Positions 50,980 through 60,533 of a stretch of 64,000 bases of DNA are shown piece by piece (positions within the stretch are counted from its first letter, which is position 1; each line of letters opens with the position of its first letter). The stretch comes from an uncultured virus (IMG/VR IMGVR_UViG_3300025759_000060). Lineage: Duplodnaviria; Heunggongvirae; Uroviricota; Caudoviricetes. The position numbers and the translations under genes are program-made. The notes under the pieces are model-generated. The model was not told where the DNA came from. It ran no database searches and saw only the letters and a list, made by a program, of their open reading frames with translations. Where the stretch lies: IMG/VR virus record IMGVR_UViG_3300025759_000060; one strand, 5' to 3'.

Positions 50980-51201
50980 TTACTCCGACGCATTGTTTTT
51001 TGCCCACTTAACTACAGTATTAATTACAACTGCTGCAATTGGTACAAGCATTACGCCCATATTTCCAAGATCTAGATTACCAAGATTTTCACCTAGATAA
51101 GTAAGACCAGCAGCTAAAGCTACAAGTGCTGTATTTTTTGCAATATCTACAACGTCGGCTACATTAAGAGTGAACGCTGGCGAATTATTTTTATCTGACA
51201 T
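50980..51201 (-). CDS. Holin-like small membrane protein
   Basis: 73 aa with two hydrophobic helices, next to the peptidase. Confidence 0.55.
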   Translation of the reverse strand: MSDKNNSPAFTLNVADVVDIAKNTALVALAAGLTYLGENLGNLDLGNMGVMLVPIAAVVINTVVKWAKNNASE

Positions 51202-51203
51202 TT

Positions 51204-51794
51204 TTATACCTCTTCAGTTTTTGAAACACTTACTAAAAATCCTCCGTGCTTATCCTCATCTATGCGATACGGATAACCTAAAAATCTTATTTCTTCTCCA
51301 TCGAAATTTTTTGTTGGTCTTGAGAATCTTCTGTTCATTGTTAGGCAAGACATAAATTCTTTTAAGACTTCTTCTCTTTCGTCTTCATGGATAATATTTA
51401 ACCAATCAAAACCCTCAAGACTTGCTCCACCTATTGGCAAGAACTTAAAAAAATTTGCATTGCTCCATGTCATTCTTCCGTCTTCGTCTGTTTCAAACAG
51501 TGCAGCACCGCTGTAATGTAAAGCAGCCTTAGTTCTTTGGATGATAACTTTTTGTCGTTTTTCTATTCTTTCGCAGCTTTTGCCCATAGATATTATAGCA
51601 TCTTTTAAGCTACTACCACCATTAGTTGTAAGTTCTTTTTTTATTTCGTTTACAGATTCTATAAAGAAATCTTGATTTTTGCATAGTTTTACAATTGGTT
51701 TAAGAAATTTTTTCCATAATATGGTTATAAGACCAATCGCTCCACTCAAACCTCCAAATATAATTGTAATTACTTCTGGATTTAATTCTGTCAC
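51204..51794 (-). CDS. Membrane-anchored PAS-domain protein
   Basis: N-terminal TM, NGGSSLKD motif, FETDEDGRMTWSN..WLNIIHEDERE (PAS). Confidence 0.75.
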   Translation of the reverse strand: MTELNPEVITIIFGGLSGAIGLITILWKKFLKPIVKLCKNQDFFIESVNEIKKELTTNGGSSLKDAIISMGKSCERIEKRQKVIIQRTKAALHYSGAALFETDEDGRMTWSNANFFKFLPIGGASLEGFDWLNIIHEDEREEVLKEFMSCLTMNRRFSRPTKNFDGEEIRFLGYPYRIDEDKHGGFLVSVSKTEEV

Positions 51795-51812
51795 AGTTTT
51801 GCCCCTCGTATG

Positions 51813-51847
51813 AAAATAAAAGACACGCCCCCCTTGGAGGGCGTATC
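51813..51847 (-). terminator. Intrinsic terminator
   Basis: Minus strand GATACGCCCTCC-AA-GGGGGGCGTGTC followed by TTTTATTTT. Confidence 0.75.
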
Positions 51848-51866
51848 CCTTTGCTAAAACAAAATA

Positions 51867-52535
51867 TTAAGAAGACGTATCTGTTGCGTCTTCAAATGCA
51901 TCTCTAGCTTTGTACTCGTCCGTAGTTGCCTTGCCAAGACCACCAAAGTGGTAGGTAAGTTCACCCGGAACTCCTCTAGTTGGACTAGCTGCTTGATCTG
52001 TAGCAGCCGTGCTGCCATCCTTCTGTACAAAATTCTGAGCATCGCCAGCATTTGATCCCTTGGTCCTGCCCGGAACAACACCGCTACTAGGAACAGCAAG
52101 GACATCAAAAGCTACATCGGCAGCACTTCCAAGTCTGCGAGTAGACGATATTCTGTGGATACTATCTTGACCAACGCTATCATACTGAGCGCCGGGGATG
52201 GTTAGTAAGGTTGAGGCATCGTTATTAATTTTGCCAGCACCTTCTGATCCAGCAGCCTTAATAATGAAATTCCTCTCTCCCCTTGCTGGACTATACGCCA
52301 GCCCCCCAGTGCCACCAGCCTTGGCTGTTGTAACACCTTGAGGATCTTCAAATAAACCTCCATCACCACCGTCATTAGCTTTGACTTTTGATCCATACTC
52401 AGAGCCTGTTGCAAGCTCATTTGGATTAAGTGTGTCAGTAATAGGACTATCTGATGCTGGTGTGCCTGCGTTGGTGACTGTGCCGCCATCAACTTTTTCA
52501 ACACCGCCAGCTTGTTTTGCAGCTGTAGTAGACAT
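51867..52535 (-). CDS. G/A/T-rich putative virion protein
   Basis: 222 aa, GGAG RBS, upstream GTGTATA motif and its own terminator. Confidence 0.5.
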   Translation of the reverse strand: MSTTAAKQAGGVEKVDGGTVTNAGTPASDSPITDTLNPNELATGSEYGSKVKANDGGDGGLFEDPQGVTTAKAGGTGGLAYSPARGERNFIIKAAGSEGAGKINNDASTLLTIPGAQYDSVGQDSIHRISSTRRLGSAADVAFDVLAVPSSGVVPGRTKGSNAGDAQNFVQKDGSTAATDQAASPTRGVPGELTYHFGGLGKATTDEYKARDAFEDATDTSS

Positions 52536-52622
52536 ATATTATCTCCGTATATGTTGTAATTTTGTTAAAAAGTAATGTCCACTCGTCCTTTATAAGTCCT
52601 ATTCCTAATAACATATACACTT

Positions 52623-53099
52623 TTATACAAACTTGTGCTGAAAATTTTTAGTCATTTTTTTGACCTTTTTCCTAACAGTTTCCTTGCCAATGTCGTATTT
52701 ATTTGATAGTTCTTCATTAGTCATTTTTGATATTTTATCTTTTAAAAGACTTTTTTCAAAGTCATTTTCAGCCTCGTCCAAAATGTCAATTATCATTTCT
52801 TCAGTATTATTAACGCTTTGGATGGAAGGGTTTAATTTTCCACAAAATTTGCTTTTATTTACAAATTTAACAGCTTTTAAACATTCAATATAAACACCCT
52901 TATACAGATAGGTAGTAAATTTACATTTCTTCTCTGGTTTAAAATTTAAGAAACATTTCCACAAAGCATTAAGTTTGCAAGTGTAAATATCTTCTTGTTC
53001 TAACTGATTGACAAACTTCTTACAAGCATGATTCATGATATTAACAATATCTTTGTCATTAAGAGCGTTTTCAATTTTTTTATCAATGCATTCTAACAT
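52623..53099 (-). CDS. Sigma-70-like (ECF-type) transcription factor
   Basis: Region 2-like ALWKC..FKP..KFTTYLY; region 4 HTH TNEELSNKYDIGKETVRK. Confidence 0.65.
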   Translation of the reverse strand: MLECIDKKIENALNDKDIVNIMNHACKKFVNQLEQEDIYTCKLNALWKCFLNFKPEKKCKFTTYLYKGVYIECLKAVKFVNKSKFCGKLNPSIQSVNNTEEMIIDILDEAENDFEKSLLKDKISKMTNEELSNKYDIGKETVRKKVKKMTKNFQHKFV

Positions 53100-53108
53100 A
53101 TAAACTCC

Positions 53109-53528
53109 TTAAATTATAATATTCTTTTCAATATTTTTACGAACCTCTTTAAAATCAAACATTTTACCTATACCAACAAAAAATCTATACCTACTTAAAA
53201 CCTTTAATAACTCAACACCTTCTGTTTTATTTAGTTTAGATTTTATTTCTTTAGTAATGTCAAAATTGGCATGACCAATCCAGCAATCAAAGTTGGAAAG
53301 CATAGCCATATCATCCATTAATTCTTTTGATATGGGAAGTATTGGCATGTTGCTCGTAGCGTTTGCTTGTTTGTACGCTTCCATCTCTTCATATTCGTCT
53401 TCTTCATCTTCTTCTTCTGAATAAACTATCATCTGCTGTATAATAGTTTTAAGCAAAGGGGAAGACATTTGTTTTTCAATTAGGTCTTCATATTTTTGCC
53501 AACCAATTTTTTTCTTTGTTTGTTTCAT
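53109..53528 (-). CDS. Hypothetical protein
   Basis: 139 aa with acidic tract. Confidence 0.55.
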   Translation of the reverse strand: MKQTKKKIGWQKYEDLIEKQMSSPLLKTIIQQMIVYSEEEDEEDEYEEMEAYKQANATSNMPILPISKELMDDMAMLSNFDCWIGHANFDITKEIKSKLNKTEGVELLKVLSRYRFFVGIGKMFDFKEVRKNIEKNIII

Positions 53529-53529
53529 A

Positions 53530-53862
53530 TTACATCATATCTGTAGGAGAAATACATGGTTTTTCTTCATCGCCACCGTCTAGTTTTTTACCTTGTTCTA
53601 CAATAATTTTACCAATTTTTGACAATATATCAATGAATAATTCTTCATGTCCACTAGATAGCAATCCATCTCTTACTAAATTGATTGTATGAACTATTGA
53701 AGAATCTTTAGAGAGAATTTCAATAATTTCCACCATAGCATTGCCACACTCTTGATTATATTCTCCCATTGTTGCGTCAATCAAAACGTCTGGGTCATTT
53801 CTATATTTTGTGTAACTTACAGATGCTAAAATTTCATCTTCTTCATTTTCGTTTTCATTCAT
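53530..53862 (-). CDS. Hypothetical protein
   Basis: 110-aa coupled ORF. Confidence 0.5.
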   Translation of the reverse strand: MNENENEEDEILASVSYTKYRNDPDVLIDATMGEYNQECGNAMVEIIEILSKDSSIVHTINLVRDGLLSSGHEELFIDILSKIGKIIVEQGKKLDGGDEEKPCISPTDMM

Positions 53863-54925
53863 ATAAAACTTCTTTAACTTTAAGGGCAGAGTTCTGCCAT
53901 GAAAATTTATTTGCGGTATCTACGCCAGCTTGATTTATACTTAAAGAATTATCTTTTTTGCACTTATGAATTTTTCTCATATGGGATACAAAGCAGTCTA
54001 TTTGGTCGTCAGATATCTTTGCCCAATTCCCACACTTTCCTTGAAACCACTTGCCATCATAAGCTAATTCTGTGTCTTTTATTTCTACTAGATCTGAGTT
54101 TGTATCATTGCAAAACTCAGTGTGCGCTGAATAATTTGTTGTAATAACGCTTTTTCCACAGGCTAGCATCTCTAACAATTCTAAATTCCAACCTTCTGCT
54201 CTAGATGGAAAGATGCCACAATCAGTCTGCGCCATAATATTATACACTTCTTCGTGAGTATTTACCCTGTCAATAAACTTAATTTTGTCACTTAGTTTGC
54301 TATTTAAGTACAGGTTTTTCCACGTATTACCCTCCGTTTCTGAAAAAAATGGATTATCTGTCATCATCCATAATTCTACATTATCTTCTTTCTCAAAAGC
54401 TTTATTAAATATATTAACTAAGATATCGTGACCTTTTCTGATTTCCCATTTTCCACAATTAAAGAATATAGTTTTCTCTGAATTTGATTGTTTAGGTTTG
54501 AATATATTAGTATCCACGCCTAAAGGAATTACCTGAACTTCGCTAGAGGGTCTGTAAACATTCATTAACATTACATTTTTAGCCCAGTGAGAACATACAA
54601 AAATTTTATCTAAAGTATTTAAGTGATGTTTTTCTACGTCGTTAAACTTATCTAGCTCAAAGATTGGAAATCCTATTCGTTTTCCAGATCCTACAAACTG
54701 AGCCATATCGTGTTGATGCCATATCTTTAGGCATGGGGCTTTACTTTCAAATAATTGAGTATTGGCTATAACTTTTTGTAAAATGTCTGCATCTTCTTGA
54801 GATGTAGCGTGAATATTTCCGATGGGCCATAAAGCAATGTCAGTTATCTTGGAAAGTTCTTTTGTTATATTCCATCCAGCCACTCCATACCCCAAAGGAT
54901 TAATCGGCGCAATAATATTTATCAT
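53855..54925 (-). CDS. GT4-family glycosyltransferase
   Basis: RKGHD; PSRAEGWNLELLEMLACGKSVI. Confidence 0.85.
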   Translation of the reverse strand: MINIIAPINPLGYGVAGWNITKELSKITDIALWPIGNIHATSQEDADILQKVIANTQLFESKAPCLKIWHQHDMAQFVGSGKRIGFPIFELDKFNDVEKHHLNTLDKIFVCSHWAKNVMLMNVYRPSSEVQVIPLGVDTNIFKPKQSNSEKTIFFNCGKWEIRKGHDILVNIFNKAFEKEDNVELWMMTDNPFFSETEGNTWKNLYLNSKLSDKIKFIDRVNTHEEVYNIMAQTDCGIFPSRAEGWNLELLEMLACGKSVITTNYSAHTEFCNDTNSDLVEIKDTELAYDGKWFQGKCGNWAKISDDQIDCFVSHMRKIHKCKKDNSLSINQAGVDTANKFSWQNSALKVKEVLYE

Positions 54926-55458
54926 GTTGACTCCCTAAAGAAAAACCATCTTTTTAGTTGCGATGTGTCTTTACATTTTGACACATCGTATAAGTACGCT
55001 AGTAATCTATCCATAGAACTAAATATATGTTGGTGCGGCAACATGAAGAATAACCAGTTGGGTGCTAACATCTTTCCTTGTTCGCACCATACTAGTATCG
55101 GTTTCTTTTGCCTGTTGGCTGTAGCAATCTCTTCGTAAGACCCACACATGTGTACATTCATGTCTATGTGAGCAATCAAAAAATCTGACACATCAACACA
55201 CCTTAGATCAGCATTTCTAATATGACCATATTCTTCTCTAATTTTATCAAACTGTCCAGTTTGTTTATAATAGTTAATTGTTTCTCTAGTGGTTGGAGTT
55301 TCTTTTGCAGATTCAATCGGTTTGTCGCAAGGATTAATTACGCTTACACTCAGTTCTTGCAACATTGGGGTGATTGCATTTCTCCATCCGACACCTCCAT
55401 CTGGTACTCTGTCCATAGCGCCAACTAAGTATGTTCTCATATTTTTTAAATTATTCAT
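54922..55458 (-). CDS. Nucleoside 2-deoxyribosyltransferase-like protein
   Basis: YLVGAM..WR..NP..DL..SD..GSYEE..KPI. Confidence 0.7.
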   Translation of the reverse strand: MNNLKNMRTYLVGAMDRVPDGGVGWRNAITPMLQELSVSVINPCDKPIESAKETPTTRETINYYKQTGQFDKIREEYGHIRNADLRCVDVSDFLIAHIDMNVHMCGSYEEIATANRQKKPILVWCEQGKMLAPNWLFFMLPHQHIFSSMDRLLAYLYDVSKCKDTSQLKRWFFFREST

Positions 55459-55925
55459 TAACAACTCCTACTTAGTGCAACTTTGAGAAAATCTTGAACA
55501 GTGCTTGGATCGTGTTCATTAAAAACAGTGCTAACAATAAACTTTCTTTCTCTAACCGCCTTGATACCTAAAGATTTTAGAGCATCAAAACAATCTTGTT
55601 GTAATGAAGTGTAACCATTCTGATTGCGCTCAACCGCGGGTTTTGTAGGCGTAGCAGATGGTTTTCTAGCAGCTTGCATATTTGCTTTTTTGCTAGAAGA
55701 TTTAGGTTTTGTGCTAGGCTTTTTCTTACGCTTTTTAGCTTTAGGAACTGGTGGTGGTGATACTTGATTGTTCATCTGTTGTTGCATAGAAGAGTCTTCG
55801 TACTCTGCTAGCACTATCTTGTCACTAATGTTCCAGTGATTGTTTCGATTAAACAAATGACAAACAAACATAGCCAAGAAAAAAAATGTTGCTACATCTA
55901 CTGAAAAATTGCTAACTGTGTCCAT
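55458..55925 (-). CDS. Hypothetical protein (TM + basic linker + helical C-terminus)
   Basis: ATG 55925 after AAGGAG. Confidence 0.5.
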   Translation of the reverse strand: MDTVSNFSVDVATFFFLAMFVCHLFNRNNHWNISDKIVLAEYEDSSMQQQMNNQVSPPPVPKAKKRKKKPSTKPKSSSKKANMQAARKPSATPTKPAVERNQNGYTSLQQDCFDALKSLGIKAVRERKFIVSTVFNEHDPSTVQDFLKVALSRSC

Positions 55926-55944
55926 AATTTGCTCCTTTGTCCTA

Positions 55945-55972
55945 ATTATATCTTTAATATCGTCCAAGTCAA
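55945..55972 (-). promoter_or_regulatory. Sigma70-type promoter
   Basis: TTGACT-16 nt-TATAAT, downstream of a terminator and upstream of an RBS. Confidence 0.6.
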
Positions 55973-55983
55973 GTCAAAACTTT

Positions 55984-56021
55984 AAAAAAATAGCCCGACA
56001 GGGAGAACCATATCGGGCTAT
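55984..56021 (-). terminator. Intrinsic terminator after ssb
   Basis: ATAGCCCGATA..TGTCGGGCTAT followed by a T-tract on the minus strand. Confidence 0.8.
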
Positions 56022-56045
56022 CTTGATTAGCATGATTGATTGAGT

Positions 56046-56381
56046 CTAACTTTCTTGCTTCTCTTGTGTTGAAGCTCCAGAAGGTCCGAGTGAAATTTCA
56101 TCTGCCATTACGCAGACTGACATCTTATCTTTCCCTTCCTTATCTTTATAATCATCAATCTTGATCTTTCCTTGGACTCCCACCAATCTACCTCTCTTAA
56201 GATGATCCTTTAGAGCTTCTGCCATCTTACCAAAACACAGAACATTTAGGTACAAGGTATCATCATTTCTTCTATCATTTACAGCCATGCGAAACTTCGA
56301 CATGGATGTTCCTTTTTGAGTAACAGAAAAGTCTGCATCTCTTGTCAATCGACCGCATCCCAACCAAGTATTAATATTCAT
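56046..56381 (-). CDS. ssb: Single-stranded DNA-binding protein
   Basis: GRLTRD..FRMAVN..FGKMAE..RGRLVGVQG. Confidence 0.88.
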   Translation of the reverse strand: MNINTWLGCGRLTRDADFSVTQKGTSMSKFRMAVNDRRNDDTLYLNVLCFGKMAEALKDHLKRGRLVGVQGKIKIDDYKDKEGKDKMSVCVMADEISLGPSGASTQEKQES

Positions 56382-56699
56382 CTATACCTCCAGTGCTGAA
56401 CGAATTTTACCACGCAAAACTTGAGTATTACCGCGATTATGAGTACCCAACGTCGCACTGTAGATCGCTCTAGCAGTATTACGAGGAATACCTAGCAAAC
56501 TTGCCGCATACTCTGTACCATCCCTAGTGTTATCAAAAACACCAAGGCCAGCCTTGTGAGCCAAAGCCGTTACAGGATTTAGAGTACGACCACGATGAGT
56601 CCCACTCTTAAGAGTTGCAACAACACGCTTGTTGTCAACGTCCCAACGATAAGAGTGAGCAACACCATTCAATCTATCAATTACACTACTAACATTCAT
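56382..56699 (-). CDS. Hypothetical protein
   Basis: 105 aa, AGGAG RBS. Confidence 0.55.
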   Translation of the reverse strand: MNVSSVIDRLNGVAHSYRWDVDNKRVVATLKSGTHRGRTLNPVTALAHKAGLGVFDNTRDGTEYAASLLGIPRNTARAIYSATLGTHNRGNTQVLRGKIRSALEV

Positions 56700-56708
56700 A
56701 TCAATCTC

Positions 56709-56903
56709 CTATTTTAAACTAGAATCACTAACAGTTGCTGTACTTGTAGAGTTGATACGTTCATTGATCAACGCATGTCCCTGTTCCAAGTAATCAGTAA
56801 GCCTTAAAATTTCATTTTCAATAGTTTGCTTTTGATTATTTAGCTCATCTATTGCTGTTTTTATTGTTGTTAAGTGCGCTTTCGCCATTTCTTCTACTGA
56901 CAT
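56709..56903 (-). CDS. Small coiled-coil protein
   Basis: GGAGG RBS; heptad pattern. Confidence 0.5.
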   Translation of the reverse strand: MSVEEMAKAHLTTIKTAIDELNNQKQTIENEILRLTDYLEQGHALINERINSTSTATVSDSSLK

Positions 56904-56944
56904 ATTTGCCTCCAATTTATTTTACTCAAATTATACAAAAAAAA

Positions 56945-57160
56945 CTACATGTTGTAAGTAATGTAATTCAAAACATCTTGATGAGACCAACTAGCCTTAT
57001 ACTCTCCCAGTGTTGACAATTCACTTACTTCTACATACTCTTTTTCTAATCTGTATATTAACTCTACTAATATTAATTCATTATGAGTTAGTATACATTC
57101 TTCAACAAGGTCTCTAATATCGTCTCTGGAAGATTCTATTTTGTTTTTTTTCTTAGCCAT
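56945..57160 (-). CDS. Hypothetical protein
   Basis: 71-aa coupled ORF. Confidence 0.5.
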   Translation of the reverse strand: MAKKKNKIESSRDDIRDLVEECILTHNELILVELIYRLEKEYVEVSELSTLGEYKASWSHQDVLNYITYNM

Positions 57161-57587
57161 TTAGTAACTCTAATATGATACCAGACTCAGTAAATAATTT
57201 CTGTGAAATTTCAAAGTTTTTTTTCCACCTGTCATCGTTGTGTATTACCGAAACCACCCGCTTAATGCCAGATTGTATTATTAATCCTGCACACCTAGAA
57301 CAAGGCTGAAAAGGCCAAGTATACAATGTGCATCCTTCAACAGACCTATTGGCAAACATTAAAGCGTTAGCCTCTGCATGTACTATTATAGCATATTTTT
57401 CGTCTCTGTCAACCAATCTTTTTTGAGAATCTTTGACACCTTTGGGAAAACCGTTAAAACCAATAGATACAATTCTTTTGTCGTCATCTACTATAACAGC
57501 GCCTACTTGAGTTGACGGGTCTTTCGACCACGATCCGACTAGTTTGGCTAGTTCAATGAATCGCTCATCCCATTTTGTTAAACTCAT
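57153..57587 (-). CDS. dCMP deaminase
   Basis: SKDPSTQVGA, GFNG, HAEANA, PCSRC. Confidence 0.92.
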   Translation of the reverse strand: MSLTKWDERFIELAKLVGSWSKDPSTQVGAVIVDDDKRIVSIGFNGFPKGVKDSQKRLVDRDEKYAIIVHAEANALMFANRSVEGCTLYTWPFQPCSRCAGLIIQSGIKRVVSVIHNDDRWKKNFEISQKLFTESGIILELLNG

Positions 57588-57720
57588 ACCACAATAATCC
57601 TAAGTTTGCTAAAGCGTATGCGAACCACATTAAAGCGTGTGGGTAGTCTCTGCCGATAATGCAACAAGTACATGTCCACACATAACAAAGTGTCGAAATT
57701 ATAATTGCTGGTAATGCCAT
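57565..57720 (-). CDS. Small membrane protein (51 aa), not in the ORF track
   Basis: MALPAIIISTLCYVWTC..WFAYALANLGLLWYE; starts directly after the upstream stop. Confidence 0.55.
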   Translation of the reverse strand: MALPAIIISTLCYVWTCTCCIIGRDYPHALMWFAYALANLGLLWYEFNKMG

Positions 57721-58137
57721 TTAATTATCCATGCGTTGTTTAATATATGATGAACTAATATACTCAGTATAAGGAATATACAAAAGCACAATACCGTTTT
57801 GTTCTAACCAATCTTCAGTAAAGCCCATCTGTTTATAGTAGTTTTTACCAACCCAATCAGTTCCAACAGCTATGATATCTGGATTTTCGTTCAGTATAGC
57901 GGGTTTGCTGTCTGAACCGCCAATATTTTCTACAACTTTATCTACGTATTTACAATTATATAAAGCTGTTTCTCGTTCTCCGTATGTCATTCTAGGATAT
58001 TCTAGTTTATAGTCAAATACAAATTCGTTAGTATTGAGACTGACTATAACTTCATCGGATATTGCGTTGCATTTCTTGAGAAAATTTTCATGGCCCCAAT
58101 GAAATAAATCAAACGTCCCTCCAGTATATAGTTTCAT
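57721..58137 (-). CDS. Cytidylyltransferase (TagD/RfaE-like)
   Basis: GGTFDLFHWGH (HxGH), GTDW, ISSS. Confidence 0.88.
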   Translation of the reverse strand: MKLYTGGTFDLFHWGHENFLKKCNAISDEVIVSLNTNEFVFDYKLEYPRMTYGERETALYNCKYVDKVVENIGGSDSKPAILNENPDIIAVGTDWVGKNYYKQMGFTEDWLEQNGIVLLYIPYTEYISSSYIKQRMDN

Positions 58138-59057
58138 ATAGCAAAAATCCTCATCATAACGGATAAAGTCTTATCTGTGTGTTTTTCTCTTAGGGTGTGA
58201 TGAAATATGGGGTCTTTATCAATAAAGTATTGTATAGTATAATCTTCAAAATCTACCATATCATAATTTATATCATGGCAATCGCAGTCAATACCACTAT
58301 TCGTGCATATGATTCTCTTTTGATTATCTTGTTTTATGCTGGGGTCTTTTAATTTGCTGATTATCTTTGGGTCAGATCGAAGATAACAATCAAACAAAAA
58401 CTCATCATTGCAAACAATGTTCTTGCTGTATTTTACATTAGGGAAATTTTTATAATATGATAGTATATCTTCTCTTTTGTTGAAATTTAAATTATTCTCA
58501 TCTAGGAAATTAATGAAGCCCGTACAGAACTCTCTATTAAACAATGAGAATCCTGTATTGCTAATTAAGTGCTGATGCGTAGCATTAGGAAATCTGCTAT
58601 TTGCGAAATCCATTTTAGATATAATATAATTGTATGAACTTTGTCTTTTGTCTTTATTTTTCGCATGTGCTAATCTTCTCTGCCATAAATCTTCCCGTGT
58701 CCCTAGATAGCAACACTTAATATAATTCTCACGTAAATTAAAGCAATCCCTTATGTCAGTATCTCTGTTGAGTATAAGCGTGTCGAGATCTATAAATATT
58801 CCATAATCATTATCAGAATTTAAGAAATCGTACATCCTGTACATCTTTCTCATGGCGGGATTTTGTTTCCAAGTATTTTTTCCGCTTTCTATCGTGGCAG
58901 ATAAAGCCATCTGTACTCTTGGGTCGTTAAACCTTATAACTTCTAAAGGTATATCGTATTTTGAAAAATAATTCTTTATATTACTTTCTGAAAGTGACTG
59001 CCAGCAATCGCTGGTTAAATTTTCAAAAGTATTACAAAGATATGCAGATATTTTCAT
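58134..59057 (-). CDS. GT-A fold glycosyltransferase-like protein
   Basis: YGIFIDLD (DxD), NTG, NDE. Confidence 0.55.
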   Translation of the reverse strand: MKISAYLCNTFENLTSDCWQSLSESNIKNYFSKYDIPLEVIRFNDPRVQMALSATIESGKNTWKQNPAMRKMYRMYDFLNSDNDYGIFIDLDTLILNRDTDIRDCFNLRENYIKCCYLGTREDLWQRRLAHAKNKDKRQSSYNYIISKMDFANSRFPNATHQHLISNTGFSLFNREFCTGFINFLDENNLNFNKREDILSYYKNFPNVKYSKNIVCNDEFLFDCYLRSDPKIISKLKDPSIKQDNQKRIICTNSGIDCDCHDINYDMVDFEDYTIQYFIDKDPIFHHTLREKHTDKTLSVMMRIFAI

Positions 59058-59058
59058 A

Positions 59059-59700
59059 TTAGTAAGTATATTTAAATTCAGTAATTAAGTCAAGACATCT
59101 TTGTTGCACTAGGTTTTTTGTTTCTTCATTATAGTATGCTGTATAGTGTTCGTGGTCAGTGTTATTTATAACTATCGGTTCAGCCTCCTGAATTTTAATT
59201 CCTGACATTCTATTTTCTATACATTTACCAATTTCATCAAGATCATTCTTCATGTTTTCCATTTTCCCAATATAATTTATTTGATCATATAAATAGTCCT
59301 GTTGTTTATGAAAAGCAGTTTTGATCCAAGTTTCAAAATCATTGTCGGCGCATGGTTTAGCCCAATCTAATTTGTCTTGTTTATATCTTAACTTTCCAAA
59401 CTCATAAGAAGAAACATACCAATCCCAAGGATTTCTTACAAACGTAAAAACAAAATAGTCATTTACATCTATATTCAAATCTTCTAGATAGCGTTTTAAA
59501 TCGCCATAATTAGAATGCTGTGGCATGTCCGTTGAGTTTCCCCACTTCGCAAGGTCTTTAAATAAAGTAAACTCTTCTGCTGGAATATGATTAATGTTTG
59601 GTACATATCCACACATCTTCATCATTTCGTGAGCGATGGAACTGCCACCCGTTTTTGGTATATGTAAAAAAACAAATTTATATTTGTGAGAAATTATCAC
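59059..59700 (-). CDS. Sulfotransferase (Sulfotransfer_2 family)
   Basis: FLHIPKTGGSS (5'-PSB), FVRNPWDWYVSSY (3'-PB). Confidence 0.88.
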   Translation of the reverse strand: MIISHKYKFVFLHIPKTGGSSIAHEMMKMCGYVPNINHIPAEEFTLFKDLAKWGNSTDMPQHSNYGDLKRYLEDLNIDVNDYFVFTFVRNPWDWYVSSYEFGKLRYKQDKLDWAKPCADNDFETWIKTAFHKQQDYLYDQINYIGKMENMKNDLDEIGKCIENRMSGIKIQEAEPIVINNTDHEHYTAYYNEETKNLVQQRCLDLITEFKYTY

Positions 59701-60533
59701 GACGTTACCTCTTCAATATTAAATTCGGTCTCAATGTGTGGTAAATCTTTTAGGAAATCTTCCTTGTTTTTAAAATTATCTTCTTGATTTTTCCTTGGTC
59801 GAGTTTGTTTAACTATTGGTGAAACCTGAATTGGATAATTTTCATCTATATTTTTTAAAAAACTAGATGCATCATTTTTTGTTATCTGTGAATATTCTAA
59901 TAAGTGATAATTTCTATTTTTAGTTTTTAGCAAAGAAAAGTAATCTCTGTATATATTTTTGCAAGCATTGACTCTAGCTTCATAATCTTTAAGATTCCAT
60001 TCTACCGGAGCATCGTGCTTTGGGTCGTATACTTCTCCTCCAACCCATTGTCCCGATATCATAGATCGTTCAAAACTAATATGTATATCAATTAATGACT
60101 TTCTGTATAAGACTATTATGGTATCGCAACTATCAATTATATCTGGAAAAAATTCAGCAATTGTATACGGCCTATGATAAGTTGGTACAATCTTACAGAA
60201 AAAATATTTATAATTAAGATTAAACAAGGTTTTTACTATACTGTCAAACATGTCCATTGCGTATGGCTGATAATCAAACCAAGGTTTTTCTTGCATATGA
60301 CGTTTTGTACTACCTTGCACGGATTCTGCCAATCTCCACAAGAATTCACGATGAGACTTGGGGAGAGGTAAACCGTTGTCTGAAAAGACTCTGTGCATTA
60401 CTTTAAAATGATAGGGGATATAGTAATTGAATATTTCACCACAAGAATAACTATATTTATCTATAGATTTGAAATGATTAATCAAAAAACTAGAACCAGT
60501 TCTACCATTAGCTAATATGCAAGTTTTTTTCAT
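59697..60533 (-). CDS. Stf0-like sulfotransferase
   Basis: GRTGSSFL, GEIFN, LYR..IS, LEY. Confidence 0.7.
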   Translation of the reverse strand: MKKTCILANGRTGSSFLINHFKSIDKYSYSCGEIFNYYIPYHFKVMHRVFSDNGLPLPKSHREFLWRLAESVQGSTKRHMQEKPWFDYQPYAMDMFDSIVKTLFNLNYKYFFCKIVPTYHRPYTIAEFFPDIIDSCDTIIVLYRKSLIDIHISFERSMISGQWVGGEVYDPKHDAPVEWNLKDYEARVNACKNIYRDYFSLLKTKNRNYHLLEYSQITKNDASSFLKNIDENYPIQVSPIVKQTRPRKNQEDNFKNKEDFLKDLPHIETEFNIEEVTS

